A stretch of DNA of 64,000 nt from IMG/VR virus record IMGVR_UViG_3300045988_092366. The stretch is one strand, 5' to 3'. A program made the translations under genes and the position numbers. Below the pieces are notes generated by a model. It did not search any database, was not told the DNA's origin, and saw nothing but the letters and a program-made list of their open reading frames with translations. Source of the stretch: a virus. How positions within the stretch are numbered: position 1 is the first letter of the stretch; each line of letters starts with the position of its first letter. Positions 18,290 through 26,907 of this stretch are shown one piece after another.

Positions 18290-18628
18290 TTAATCCTTAT
18301 CAAAATCATTTGCGGCCAATAGACAGTCAAGAACGTGCGCGGCATCTGCTACTTTTTCTAGAACTCCTACACAAGTTCCTGCACTATCTCCTTCATCGTC
18401 TCGAAAACATAGTACAAAATTATAAGCAGCAGAATCGCTATCGTCCAAGCTGCCATCGTTAGGATAGATATGAATATTGCAATCAGCAGTCTTATATGAA
18501 AGGCCAGAAGCTACACGAACATATAGATTATCCTCTTGCTTTTTGACGATATTAAGGATATACCAAGAATACTTGGCAACATTCTTATACATGAAATCGT
18601 GGATAAGCTGATTCATAAACTTGTTCAT
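18290..18628 (-). CDS. Hypothetical protein (start trimmed to MNKFMNQ)
   Basis: RBS GGGAG before ATG 18626-18628; this avoids a 62-nt overlap with the upstream gene. Confidence 0.45.
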   Translation of the reverse strand: MNKFMNQLIHDFMYKNVAKYSWYILNIVKKQEDNLYVRVASGLSYKTADCNIHIYPNDGSLDDSDSAAYNFVLCFRDDEGDSAGTCVGVLEKVADAAHVLDCLLAANDFDKD

Positions 18629-18629
18629 C

Positions 18630-18938
18630 TTACACTCCCAACATTTGGCAAATGGCGGCATAGACATATGCACACTCCATATAACCTGCACTATATACTA
18701 TCAATTCCTCAACATCGTCACTGCCGAGTGCGGCAATAACGAATAGCGGCGCATATTCAAAGCCCTTATAGTTAACATAAGCCGTAACAGTCACATGCTT
18801 ATCACCAAAAGAGTAAGTATAAGTCTGCTCGTCCATGCTTGCAATTGCCACGTCCTCATGACACATGCGCATTACGTTATTGACGCTGGCGAAAACCTGA
18901 TTGATAGTCTGCTTGAACTTCTTGCTGCTCTGGGTCAT
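18630..18938 (-). CDS. Hypothetical protein (102 aa)
   Basis: Conserved promoter-leader upstream. Confidence 0.5.
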   Translation of the reverse strand: MTQSSKKFKQTINQVFASVNNVMRMCHEDVAIASMDEQTYTYSFGDKHVTVTAYVNYKGFEYAPLFVIAALGSDDVEELIVYSAGYMECAYVYAAICQMLGV

Positions 18939-19007
18939 GTTATATCCCTTCCTTGTCTTTCTTTATATATATTATATAATAATATAAGACTGGCCGCAAG
19001 TATAAAA

Positions 19008-19439
19008 TTATCGGTAGAGCATCTTAATTGCCATGTCGACAATGTCATTCATGTAGATGCTACCGACCTCGCATTTATAATCCTCTACATTAAACTCTAA
19101 CGAATCGCAACCATCATAGAATAAGAAATGCACACGGCCAACAGGATAATCACAATCGTATATATACTCTTCAAAACAACTTAGAGCGCAAGAGCAAAGA
19201 AGCTGATTGTCTGCCTTTTGCCGCACATCGAATGATACTACGTTATCATGCTCTTTAGGCTTACACGCTTTCCAGCTATACATATCACCATTACTGCACT
19301 TACCATGAATGGTATCAAACAAAATCTTGGCGCTCTTCATTCTATTTCCTCTCTTGGAAAATAAAAACAGAGGCTTGCGCCCCTGTTTACGATTAGTATA
19401 GAGACAACTTATTCTCTGGTACGTGAACGGTAGAGCCAT
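19008..19439 (-). CDS. Hypothetical protein (143 aa)
   Basis: ORF with AGAGGAAA RBS. Confidence 0.5.
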   Translation of the reverse strand: MALPFTYQRISCLYTNRKQGRKPLFLFSKRGNRMKSAKILFDTIHGKCSNGDMYSWKACKPKEHDNVVSFDVRQKADNQLLCSCALSCFEEYIYDCDYPVGRVHFLFYDGCDSLEFNVEDYKCEVGSIYMNDIVDMAIKMLYR

Positions 19440-19554
19440 TCAGATATTTGACAAGGACTGTTCCGTTGCTATTGAAGTGTAGAATCTTAACAACACTTAC
19501 CAGACCAGCAGGGCCAGTATAGGTAACGTAATCTCCAACAGATAGCTTAAGCAT
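19393..19554 (-). CDS. Small protein (start trimmed to MLKLSVGDYVTY)
   Basis: RBS GAGGAAGAGGA. Confidence 0.4.
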   Translation of the reverse strand: MLKLSVGDYVTYTGPAGLVSVVKILHFNSNGTVLVKYLNGSTVHVPENKLSLY

Positions 19555-19828
19555 CTTCGTCCTCTTCCTCTTCGTCAGTGTCCTCAATCCACTCATGGTC
19601 TTCATTGAGGAACCCGGCTTCTTCCAAGTCATATTTCATATAGAACCAAAGATAATCGTTAATATCAGTCTCAGTGCGGGCTTCGCCCTCTCCATACAAC
19701 TCGGCTTCTTCAACCAAGTCAACGATATAATCGTAAGCCTTTGGATGGTCAATCAGCTCTTCCAGCCAAGTCTTGCCGCCAGACCATGCTTGAAAACGAT
19801 TAAGTTCACGTTCGACAACGTAACGCAT
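19547..19828 (-). CDS. Acidic protein (93 aa)
   Basis: Conserved promoter-leader upstream. Confidence 0.5.
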   Translation of the reverse strand: MRYVVERELNRFQAWSGGKTWLEELIDHPKAYDYIVDLVEEAELYGEGEARTETDINDYLWFYMKYDLEEAGFLNEDHEWIEDTDEEEEDEDA

Positions 19829-19891
19829 ATCTTTCTTCTTCCTCTTGGCTTTCTTTAATAATATTATATAATATTAAAGAACGTAGGTCAA

Positions 19892-20218
19892 CTAGAAAAT
19901 AGTAAGGATTTTTGATTCTTTTACCATATCACAGAAAAGCATAACTGCGAAGTTCTGAACAGGACTCTCGCCCATTACGCCTTTCTCACCTAGATATGTG
20001 CGGCCAATTTTGCTATATGTAACATCCTTCCCGTTTTGATATTCACAATAAATATCAAAATAGACAGGTACTTGCTTGCGGCCAACTACTGTGAATTTGA
20101 TTCCACGATAGTAGAAAGTGCTGCGCGTCTCGCCGTTATACTCACCAACTAGCCAGCCTTCATTATATGCGATAGTCTCCAAAGCCGACAAAATATTAGA
20201 GATAAGGTTGCAATTCAT
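19892..20218 (-). CDS. Hypothetical protein (108 aa)
   Basis: ORF in the tiling path. Confidence 0.5.
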   Translation of the reverse strand: MNCNLISNILSALETIAYNEGWLVGEYNGETRSTFYYRGIKFTVVGRKQVPVYFDIYCEYQNGKDVTYSKIGRTYLGEKGVMGESPVQNFAVMLFCDMVKESKILTIF

Positions 20219-20227
20219 TAAATCTCC

Positions 20228-20548
20228 TTAGAGCTTGCGGCCACAGAAAGGACAATACTTAATCTCATGCGACAGACCGAACTTATCAATGCCATTATCG
20301 TAATACTCGCCAATGAGATAGTGGGTTTTATCTACGTAAGAGTAATGAATATATATACCAACGTCGGAACAGGCGCTGTCATAATCAGTGCAGTCGATGC
20401 TATTGCCCCAAATGGCCTTCATCTTGAAATTACAATACTTGCACATGTTAAACTCCTTAGAGATAGTAGACATCTTCACGCTTGGCGGTATGGAACACAC
20501 CGTCTTCATCAACAATAACAAGGCTATCGCAGAATAAAAGAACATCAA
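20228..20548 (-). CDS. Cys-rich Zn-ribbon protein (CKYCNF...CPFCGRKL)
   Basis: ORF with CxxC pairs and a conserved promoter. Confidence 0.5.
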   Translation of the reverse strand: MMFFYSAIALLLLMKTVCSIPPSVKMSTISKEFNMCKYCNFKMKAIWGNSIDCTDYDSACSDVGIYIHYSYVDKTHYLIGEYYDNGIDKFGLSHEIKYCPFCGRKL

Positions 20549-20672
20549 TGACTACGCCATATACATCGCCGTATAGAGCCTTATAAAGAACCATGGAGCC
20601 AATCATGTAATTTCCTTTCCTTCTTGGTCTATATATATTATATAATGATATATAGCGAAATGCAAGAACTTT

Positions 20673-21065
20673 TTAATGCGGCATTAGGAGATTTATAAAG
20701 GCACCATAAGGCGAGATAATCCAAGGGATAATGGTGGCAAATTCTATAACCGCAATACCCGCGAAAGCTGCACTTAGGCCATAGCAGACGTAACTTGTAG
20801 CTTCGAGAGCTTCATATTTATTCCTTACACAGCTTTTTTGATACTTTGTTAACGGTAATTTCTCCCAGTCAGAATATTCCTTACTTTTAGCCATACAAAA
20901 CCGAGCTACAACCAAAAGAACAATAGCGAGAATGGCAAGGATGATAACCCTACTAGCGTATGCCGCAATCACATATGAAGCATATGCTGGAATTACGTCT
21001 TTTGTAACAGCGCTTACAGCGATTCCAAGCTGATTTGCGATTTCTTTAATAACTTCTGTATTCAT
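20673..21065 (-). CDS. Membrane protein, paralog of 21084..21449 (holin-like or exclusion-like candidate)
   Basis: Shared N-terminus M(D/N)xExIxEIANQLGIxVxAVTKxVIPAxA followed by 2-3 TM segments. Confidence 0.5.
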   Translation of the reverse strand: MNTEVIKEIANQLGIAVSAVTKDVIPAYASYVIAAYASRVIILAILAIVLLVVARFCMAKSKEYSDWEKLPLTKYQKSCVRNKYEALEATSYVCYGLSAAFAGIAVIEFATIIPWIISPYGAFINLLMPH

Positions 21066-21083
21066 TGTTCACATTCTTTCCGA

Positions 21084-21449
21084 CTAATTAAGAATATAAT
21101 TAATAAAAGAACCATAAGGATAATATACCCAAAGAGCAATGGATGAAATTGAACAAAACAAAAGAACGAAAAATACTGTTGCACAAAACCCAGCGATAGC
21201 ACCAATTATAAAATAAAGACTTGAATCGTAGTCTTGATTTAAATCACCATTTCTTTTTTCAATTATGCCCTTTTTAATAAAAAATATCGTTAAAGTTAAA
21301 GTCAAAGCGAATAAACACCCAAATAGAATAGCCCCAAAGATATAATTTGCTGTTTCAAACTGTGCAAAGGCTGGAATCACTTCTTTGGTAACTGCATCAA
21401 CCGTAATACCAAGTTGGTTCGCAATCTCTTGAATAGCTTCTGCGTCCAT
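21084..21449 (-). CDS. Membrane protein, paralog of 20673..21065
   Basis: ATGA overlap with the RuvB-like stop; two TM segments. Confidence 0.5.
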   Translation of the reverse strand: MDAEAIQEIANQLGITVDAVTKEVIPAFAQFETANYIFGAILFGCLFALTLTLTIFFIKKGIIEKRNGDLNQDYDSSLYFIIGAIAGFCATVFFVLLFCSISSIALWVYYPYGSFINYILN

Positions 21450-23482
21450 TATTCACACTCTCCCATCATTGAACGGCCTAAATCGGTGATAACACGACCA
21501 CGCGGCTGCTTTTGAATATAACACTTAGATAACAGATAAGGCTCAATCTTCGTCTGTACAGTATCTTTATCCATACCAAGAGTAAGACAGATTGTATCTA
21601 CACCTACAGCACGAGTATTGCTGTTAAGGAAATTCATATAATCCATATCGTCTTGATTAAGACCAAACTTATTGATTCCCATCACATATAGAGCTTCATC
21701 AACGATTTCAGGATTGATTATACCATCATTCATAACCAAGGCAAAATCATATACACGGGCTACATAAGAATTGGCATTGCGCGGAATGCCGCGAGTAGTT
21801 GCCGCAATCTTATAGATACTCTTTTCATCAATCTTGATTTTCTTCTCTTGGCAAATCTTCTCTACAATAGATGCCATATCAGTTTTAGAATATGCGGCCA
21901 ATTTAATTTGAATAGGAAAACGATTCAAGAGTGCATCATTAAGACCGCCATAAAGATTAGTCGCGGCAATAAGAGTGAAATGCGGCAAACTCACCCTTGT
22001 CGCTACACCGTCTACTACCACGTCTGCTTCAAACTGTTCCATTGCGAAATAAAGAGACTCTTGCAGTCTTTGCGAAATGCGGTGTATCTCGTCGATGAAG
22101 AGAACGTCATTCTCTTTAAGATTAAGAAGAATCTCGTCAATTACTTTCTTGTCGTTAATCGCAGGACCAGAGAAAGCCTTGAACCCGTAGCCAAGCTCAT
22201 GTGCAATCACATTGGAAACTGTTGTATTGTGCGTTACAATAAAATCGTTAGTCAAATATAGGTGTTCATCATTATCAACATAGATACAAACCATTTCTTC
22301 TTTTTCTGGCATCTTTTCAATGTCTATAATAGAAATGTGATTATGACTAAAATTGTGTTTCTTAATGCCAATTGCTGATGCCATTAACATCTTTTTCCTA
22401 TTAAGTTTAAAAAGTTTTGGCTTTTCTTCATCGGAACAGCTAATTGTAATACTATAACAGATGCCAGTTTTGTATTTTTTTCTAGTATCGCTATAAATAC
22501 GCGGGCAATAAAAACCCAAAGAATTAGCTAAACGAATAACATCGTGGATAAGGTTAATATTAACAGAAGTAAAAGATACACTAGTTCTGTTATCTTTGGA
22601 TACCCTAGCATATCCGTCTGTGTCTAATAAACCCTGTAACAGATTAAGCCTTTGTTCAATGTCTCCATAAAAATATTCCTCTGGAATTCGTTTACTATGT
22701 GAATCGCAACATACTTGTTCTTCGCAAGTTGAAAATAGCTGCTTAGTCTGGACCGTTGTTACCATACAACCACTTGTAGCATTAACGCAAGGAGACTTTA
22801 GTTTAAAACACCAATTATAATTATTTTGAGTATACTTAAAAGGAACTGCTTTAAACTTTTCAGGAAGTAAACTTGCTACAATTTTTGGAATTTCATCATT
22901 TTCCGATGAAAGAGTGAGTTGGCTCTGCAAACAACATCCATCACCAAGAAAAGCTCCTACAATATACGGATGTACATTAAAGTTTTTATGAGTATATTCA
23001 ACGGCTTTTGATATAGGAACTTTGTACTTGTAGTCACGGCGACCGTTGCCTGTAATTCTATATATTCCATTGTCAATGATTTCTCGTAGCGTCATTGTCT
23101 TTAAATTATCTTTGGATGTACAATAACTCCAAAGATGTTCATCATTGCAATAAGTAGAACGTCCATCTTTAAAAGTAACCTTATAATTATCGAGTTTTCC
23201 TTGCGGGAAAACGCCCAAAACTTTCGTAGGCTTACCAAGCCTATCAAAAACATAATCTCCGACAGCAATATCGCCAAGACGCTTATCACCATCAGGCGTA
23301 GGAATAATTGTATCAACAGGTTGGGCTTTTCCGCATCCAGACTGGCCTGTGATAATCGTGTGCGGGAAAGACTCCTTCTTAATCTGCGCTGCCTTAATAT
23401 AGATTTGCAACATCTTTTGGACTTTGGGCTGTCCTTTCAAGTCTTCAATCTTACAAGGACGGAAACCGAACTCAGAAGCCAT
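21449..23482 (-). CDS. RuvB-like AAA+ ATPase interrupted by an intein in the Walker A loop
   Basis: N-extein FRPCKIEDLKGQPKV...IITGQSGCGK and C-extein TTVSNVIAHELGYGFKAFSGPAI...DVLFIDEIHRISQRLQESLYFAMEQFEADVVVDG correspond to RuvB GPPGLGKTTLA...DVLFIDEIHRL. Start trimmed to MASEFGF (RBS AAAGGA). Confidence 0.8.
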   Translation of the reverse strand: MASEFGFRPCKIEDLKGQPKVQKMLQIYIKAAQIKKESFPHTIITGQSGCGKAQPVDTIIPTPDGDKRLGDIAVGDYVFDRLGKPTKVLGVFPQGKLDNYKVTFKDGRSTYCNDEHLWSYCTSKDNLKTMTLREIIDNGIYRITGNGRRDYKYKVPISKAVEYTHKNFNVHPYIVGAFLGDGCCLQSQLTLSSENDEIPKIVASLLPEKFKAVPFKYTQNNYNWCFKLKSPCVNATSGCMVTTVQTKQLFSTCEEQVCCDSHSKRIPEEYFYGDIEQRLNLLQGLLDTDGYARVSKDNRTSVSFTSVNINLIHDVIRLANSLGFYCPRIYSDTRKKYKTGICYSITISCSDEEKPKLFKLNRKKMLMASAIGIKKHNFSHNHISIIDIEKMPEKEEMVCIYVDNDEHLYLTNDFIVTHNTTVSNVIAHELGYGFKAFSGPAINDKKVIDEILLNLKENDVLFIDEIHRISQRLQESLYFAMEQFEADVVVDGVATRVSLPHFTLIAATNLYGGLNDALLNRFPIQIKLAAYSKTDMASIVEKICQEKKIKIDEKSIYKIAATTRGIPRNANSYVARVYDFALVMNDGIINPEIVDEALYVMGINKFGLNQDDMDYMNFLNSNTRAVGVDTICLTLGMDKDTVQTKIEPYLLSKCYIQKQPRGRVITDLGRSMMGECE
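22226..23326 (-). mobile_element. Intein (367 aa) with LAGLIDADG homing-endonuclease domain, inserted between GK and TT of the P-loop
   Basis: Begins AQPVDTIIPTPDGD (Ala1, Hint block A-like) and ends FIVTHN immediately before Thr+1. Two LAGLIDADG-type motifs: IVGAFLGDGCC and LLQGLLDTDGY. Confidence 0.75.
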
Positions 23483-23547
23483 ATAAAATCCTTTCTGCTT
23501 CATTTCTTAAATATATTATATCATTTTATATGGCTTACTACAAGAAA

Positions 23548-23576
23548 AAAATAGGGCTATTTCTAGCCCTACCATT
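23548..23576 (-). terminator. Hairpin agggctatttctagccct plus T-run (minus strand)
   Basis: Sits between gene 23575..23919 and the RuvB promoter. Confidence 0.55.
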
Positions 23577-23919
23577 AGTACCGAGGAATCCGTCCCTTGA
23601 ACTTGCGCTCGCCGCATTTAGTAAATTTATCACAATCTAAGTAAGAACATATAAAGTTATCTTCTTCATCAAAGATACCGTTATCACTATGAAATACATA
23701 TACATCGTGCGGCTTCTCGTACTCTTCCCAAGCGTCCATGTTGTAAGCAATGTCATGTGCGAGGAAAAGTGCAATATCTGCATCACTATCTAGAATAGGG
23801 ATTACCTTCATTCCACGATAGGAATCAACGCCATCTTCAAACCAGTCCATCATAACAAAAAACATATTTACCACTCCACTACTAAAACAAAATGACCATT
23901 GCACGGTGTTATATAACAA
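23575..23919 (-). CDS. Hypothetical protein (114 aa)
   Basis: ORF in the tiling path. Confidence 0.5.
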   Translation of the reverse strand: MLYNTVQWSFCFSSGVVNMFFVMMDWFEDGVDSYRGMKVIPILDSDADIALFLAHDIAYNMDAWEEYEKPHDVYVFHSDNGIFDEEDNFICSYLDCDKFTKCGERKFKGRIPRY

Positions 23920-24209
23920 TTATAACCTAAGCTGTGATAATACACGACAATACTGCGGCGAAATTCTACATCCTGCGCACGTTCATCGTCACAAGGAAAA
24001 AGTTCGACCTTGCAACGGAACTTCATGCGCTCTGCCGCGGCAATAATCTCTTCATTGATTTTATCTTCTAGCTCTTGTGGAATATCATACTCATATTTAT
24101 AGAGAGTATCATATACCATCGTGCGGGCATCATTAGCAATCATAAAATACCTTTCTAAATCATTGCGCGACAAGTAACAACTGGGCGACCTTGCCAATCG
24201 CGCATACAA
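23868..24209 (-). CDS. Hypothetical protein (113 aa)
   Basis: ORF in the tiling path. Confidence 0.45.
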   Translation of the reverse strand: MYARLARSPSCYLSRNDLERYFMIANDARTMVYDTLYKYEYDIPQELEDKINEEIIAAAERMKFRCKVELFPCDDERAQDVEFRRSIVVYYHSLGYNCYITPCNGHFVLVVEW

Positions 24210-24349
24210 TCTCTATTAAACCAAGTATCACAAGGGCGATACTTAGGCTCAAACCAAGGACAATTAGGACAAGACGCACGCAATGGTGCAATACTGCCCG
24301 TTTGCCGCATCCATGCACGGCACACGTCTCCATGAACACATGCGGCCAT
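24155..24349 (-). CDS. Cys-rich small protein (64 aa)
   Basis: ORF; overlaps its neighbour by 55 nt. Confidence 0.4.
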   Translation of the reverse strand: MAACVHGDVCRAWMRQTGSIAPLRASCPNCPWFEPKYRPCDTWFNRDCMRDWQGRPVVTCRAMI

Positions 24350-24660
24350 TACTCATGCTCCTTACGATAACGCTCGGCATCTGCCGCAGTCGCTAGAAAA
24401 TATTCATGCTCATGGCCGGGCCAATTATATTCAACGAAGATACCAATCGAGCGTAGAATGGACTGAGCACCGCGAAGTTGCGTCTCATAACGTTCACGGT
24501 TCTCAGAGAAAGCCTTTAGTTCACGTTCAGACTTACTCTTTACAGAAGTGCTGATAATACTGCGCTCAATATCTTTTGTCGTGTTAAACCAGCTTAGAAC
24601 GCTCTCCTGCTGGTCTTTTGTAAGATAATTATAATGTTCTGGATAATCAAATGTACACAT
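24349..24660 (-). CDS. Hypothetical protein (103 aa)
   Basis: ORF in the tiling path. Confidence 0.5.
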   Translation of the reverse strand: MCTFDYPEHYNYLTKDQQESVLSWFNTTKDIERSIISTSVKSKSERELKAFSENRERYETQLRGAQSILRSIGIFVEYNWPGHEHEYFLATAADAERYRKEHE

Positions 24661-24662
24661 AT

Positions 24663-24884
24663 CTACTCTTTCATCACTGTAATTGTAGACTCACTACCGA
24701 GTCTATGTCCTATAATTGCATTATACCCAAGTTTCTGCAAGATTATACATATATCTTCACACTCTTTTTGTGGCATTTCATATACACAATATTCAAAGCC
24801 AATAGGCAAGTCAGATGTTTCTTGCTCTTGGATAATATCTAAGATACATTTGAGGTCATATATAGTATCTTTTTCCATAATCAT
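24663..24884 (-). CDS. Hypothetical protein (73 aa)
   Basis: ORF in the tiling path. Confidence 0.45.
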   Translation of the reverse strand: MIMEKDTIYDLKCILDIIQEQETSDLPIGFEYCVYEMPQKECEDICIILQKLGYNAIIGHRLGSESTITVMKE

Positions 24885-24908
24885 AGTTATAGACTCGCTA
24901 TCGAGCCA

Positions 24909-25307
24909 TTAACCTTCACCTCTCAGTTTGCGAATGCGATTACGAATGTCGGTAAATACTCTGCGCGTGCAGTAGCGTGCGCTTTCAAAACAACACTTAT
25001 CACACGAATAGGTTTTACTGCCAGCATAAGCGCAACATGGAGACGCGCCAGATATTCCGTTGTTCAAGTCCTCTTCCAGCTGCTTCCAGCTATCAGTATA
25101 AGGCTGTGTAAAATACATTTGTGAAACAAACCTTCTGACACCATTTTTGTACTCGACTGTCCATTTGCTATCGGTAGTTTCACCGCTCAGGTCGTAAGTA
25201 AATTTTGCAATATCCCACTGATTTCCATATTCGTCATATAGTGTCTTTGTGTCTAACGGAACCTCTTTACCTTTGGCATCTTTGGGTAGTGTGATTTGAA
25301 TTGCCAT
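24909..25307 (-). CDS. Hypothetical protein (132 aa)
   Basis: ORF in the tiling path. Confidence 0.5.
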   Translation of the reverse strand: MAIQITLPKDAKGKEVPLDTKTLYDEYGNQWDIAKFTYDLSGETTDSKWTVEYKNGVRRFVSQMYFTQPYTDSWKQLEEDLNNGISGASPCCAYAGSKTYSCDKCCFESARYCTRRVFTDIRNRIRKLRGEG

Positions 25308-25318
25308 TTAATCTCCTT

Positions 25319-25798
25319 CTATACAATCATATACTCGTCTACAAGACCCTTAGCCTTGGCGCGAGCAGGCATATAACGTCCAGCCCACATGCGGCGAATG
25401 ACATCCTCTGGAACACGCTCTACACCACCACGTTTGGCATTCTGCGGCAAAGCGATGTCAAGACCACGGTTGAAGTACACAAGGATAATCTTGTCGGCGT
25501 TCTTACCGCAATTCTCAACGGTCTTGCGAAGCGACTTCCAAGAAATATGAGTAGCATCTGCAATAACATTAATATCATTGCAAAGATTGTCGTTAATCTG
25601 ACTATAGAAACCCTTAATAACGTCACTCTCATACTTAAAGTAATCCATAGAAGGAAGAAAATCAGGGTCATTTGCCATATACTCAAAGCGAATATAATCA
25701 CGAGAAACAATTTTGGCATTAAGTTCAGCACTATGCTCATGCGCCCAAAACGACTTGCCGCAACCAGGAATTCCTGCTAGAATATAAAGATTAGCCAT
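25319..25798 (-). CDS. P-loop kinase (polynucleotide-kinase/AAA_33-like)
   Basis: MANLYILAGIPGCGKSFWA is a Walker A motif; 159 aa. Promoter TTGACT...TATAATATATTTAAAGAAAGCCAAAAGAAGGAGA upstream. Confidence 0.6.
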   Translation of the reverse strand: MANLYILAGIPGCGKSFWAHEHSAELNAKIVSRDYIRFEYMANDPDFLPSMDYFKYESDVIKGFYSQINDNLCNDINVIADATHISWKSLRKTVENCGKNADKIILVYFNRGLDIALPQNAKRGGVERVPEDVIRRMWAGRYMPARAKAKGLVDEYMIV

Positions 25799-25865
25799 GT
25801 GACTCTCCTTCTTTTGGCTTTCTTTAAATATATTATACTAAAATATAAAGTCAATAATCAAAATA

Positions 25866-26217
25866 TTAATTACGATGACTATCAAAATAAATATTTTCTG
25901 CCGCACAATCCTCAAAATAGTCATTGATAGTATCAACTACATTATAATTCAAAGGATAGGATTGCGTGCCGCCCCAGTATCCACGGACAACGCCGTCAAA
26001 AGTATCAATATAGATATTGGGACCACCAAAAGCAACAAGAGCGCACACCGATAAGACCTACACCCATACGCCATATATAGTCAATTCCATAGTTATCGTT
26101 AAAATATTCTATTAATTCATCGCAGTCATCAGAATGATTATATTTGTCTACAAGTTCATCAAGTTCTTCTGAAATACACTTGCACTGTTCATAAAGCATA
26201 TCATCGGTGTTGCTCAT
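25866..26217 (-). pseudogene. Two overlapping ORFs (26005..26217 and 25866..26048); possible frameshifted single gene
   Basis: 44-nt overlap in different frames; only the upstream ORF has a promoter-leader. Confidence 0.3.
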
Positions 26218-26223
26218 GGGATA

Positions 26224-26281
26224 ACCTTTCTCTTGGCTTTTCTTTAAATATATTATATCATTTTGAATTGCTGTCTGTCAA
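26224..26281 (-). promoter_or_regulatory. Archetype of the repeated promoter-leader unit: TTGACA-18-TATAAT-ATATTTAAAGAAAAGCCAAGAGAAAGG
   Basis: Reverse complement of ctttctcttggcttttctttaaatatattatatcattttgaattgctgtctgtcaa. More than 20 near-identical copies in the minus-strand block. Confidence 0.7.
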
Positions 26282-26287
26282 TAAAAA

Positions 26288-26318
26288 AATAGGGTAACTT
26301 CTATAAAAGAAGTTACCC
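26288..26318 (-). terminator. Hairpin gggtaacttct-ataaa-agaagttaccc followed (on minus) by a T7 run
   Basis: Perfect 11-bp stem; terminates minus-strand transcripts leaving the RNA-gene region. Confidence 0.7.
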
Positions 26319-26328
26319 TACGTAATGT

Positions 26329-26425
26329 ATGGAGGAAGTGACTGGTGACGCTCCAGATTCCCTACTAAGGAACACATCGCTTTCGAGGCGAGTCCGAACG
26401 CTGGTTCGATTCCACTTCCTTATGG
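26329..26425 (+). ncRNA. tRNA-like structured element (imperfect cloverleaf with canonical T-loop GGTTCGATTCC on the plus strand)
   Basis: Terminal stem AGGAAGT/ACTTCCT, D-like hairpin CTGGtgacgctCCAG, hairpins TTCCctactaaGGAA and CGCtttcgagGCG, T-loop GGTTCGATTCC. The T-stem and acceptor cannot both be made canonical. Confidence 0.45.
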
Positions 26426-26713
26426 CGGCTAACCGAAGTGCTGCCCTCCATTCCATCTCGGGAACGCACCGCTTTCTAGGCGGGCCTAGTCGCTGGACTA
26501 GTTGATTAGCCAAAGCAGGATGCGTATTCACGGCACATCCAGACTAGCTGTTTTTGGTGTTTCGGCTCACCTAATACTCCGTGAAAGCACTTGCTTATCT
26601 CCTAGCAAGAAGGCTCGCTATCCTTTCGAATAGCTGTGCGGCGTTGCCTATTCTACCGCAAAGCTGTTTTCGGCACAACTTCAAAACCACCGCCAATAGG
26701 AGCGTGGAAAACT

Positions 26714-26796
26714 CGGAGATACCGAGACTCGAACTCGGAATGGCTTTCACCACGACACCTTAGCAGGGTGCTGCGCTACCATTACGCCACATCTCC
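26714..26796 (-). tRNA. tRNA-Ser(GCU), class II
   Basis: Reverse complement GGAGATG-TG-GCG TAATGGTA GCGC-A-GCACC CTGCTAA GGTGT-(variable arm TGGTGAAAGCCA)-CCGAG TTCGAGT CTCGG-TATCTCC-G. All stems pair (one GU); anticodon GCU. Confidence 0.8.
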
Positions 26797-26907
26797 ATAT
26801 ATAAACAGCATCAGACCTCTCTCTGTCAAGTTTCGCTATAAAGAAGCGCTGCGAGTTATCATTATTCTGTATCTAATGCTGTTTTAAATAAGTAACTGCT
26901 TTTTAAA

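Noticed and set aside
21848-23554. Plus-strand ORFs 21848..22261 and 23135..23554
   Set aside because: They are antisense within the RuvB-like and intein coding sequence.
26329-26425. tmRNA (ssrA) in the 26.3-26.7 kb structured region
   Set aside because: No tag-peptide reading frame with a resume codon, and no split tRNA-like domain at both ends of a 350-nt unit. The T-loop and acceptor sit within a single roughly 100-nt element.
26313-26887. Small ORFs 26313..26531, 26581..26763 and 26636..26887
   Set aside because: They overlap tRNA-Ser and the hairpin-rich ncRNA region and have no RBS. They are artefacts of structured RNA sequence.
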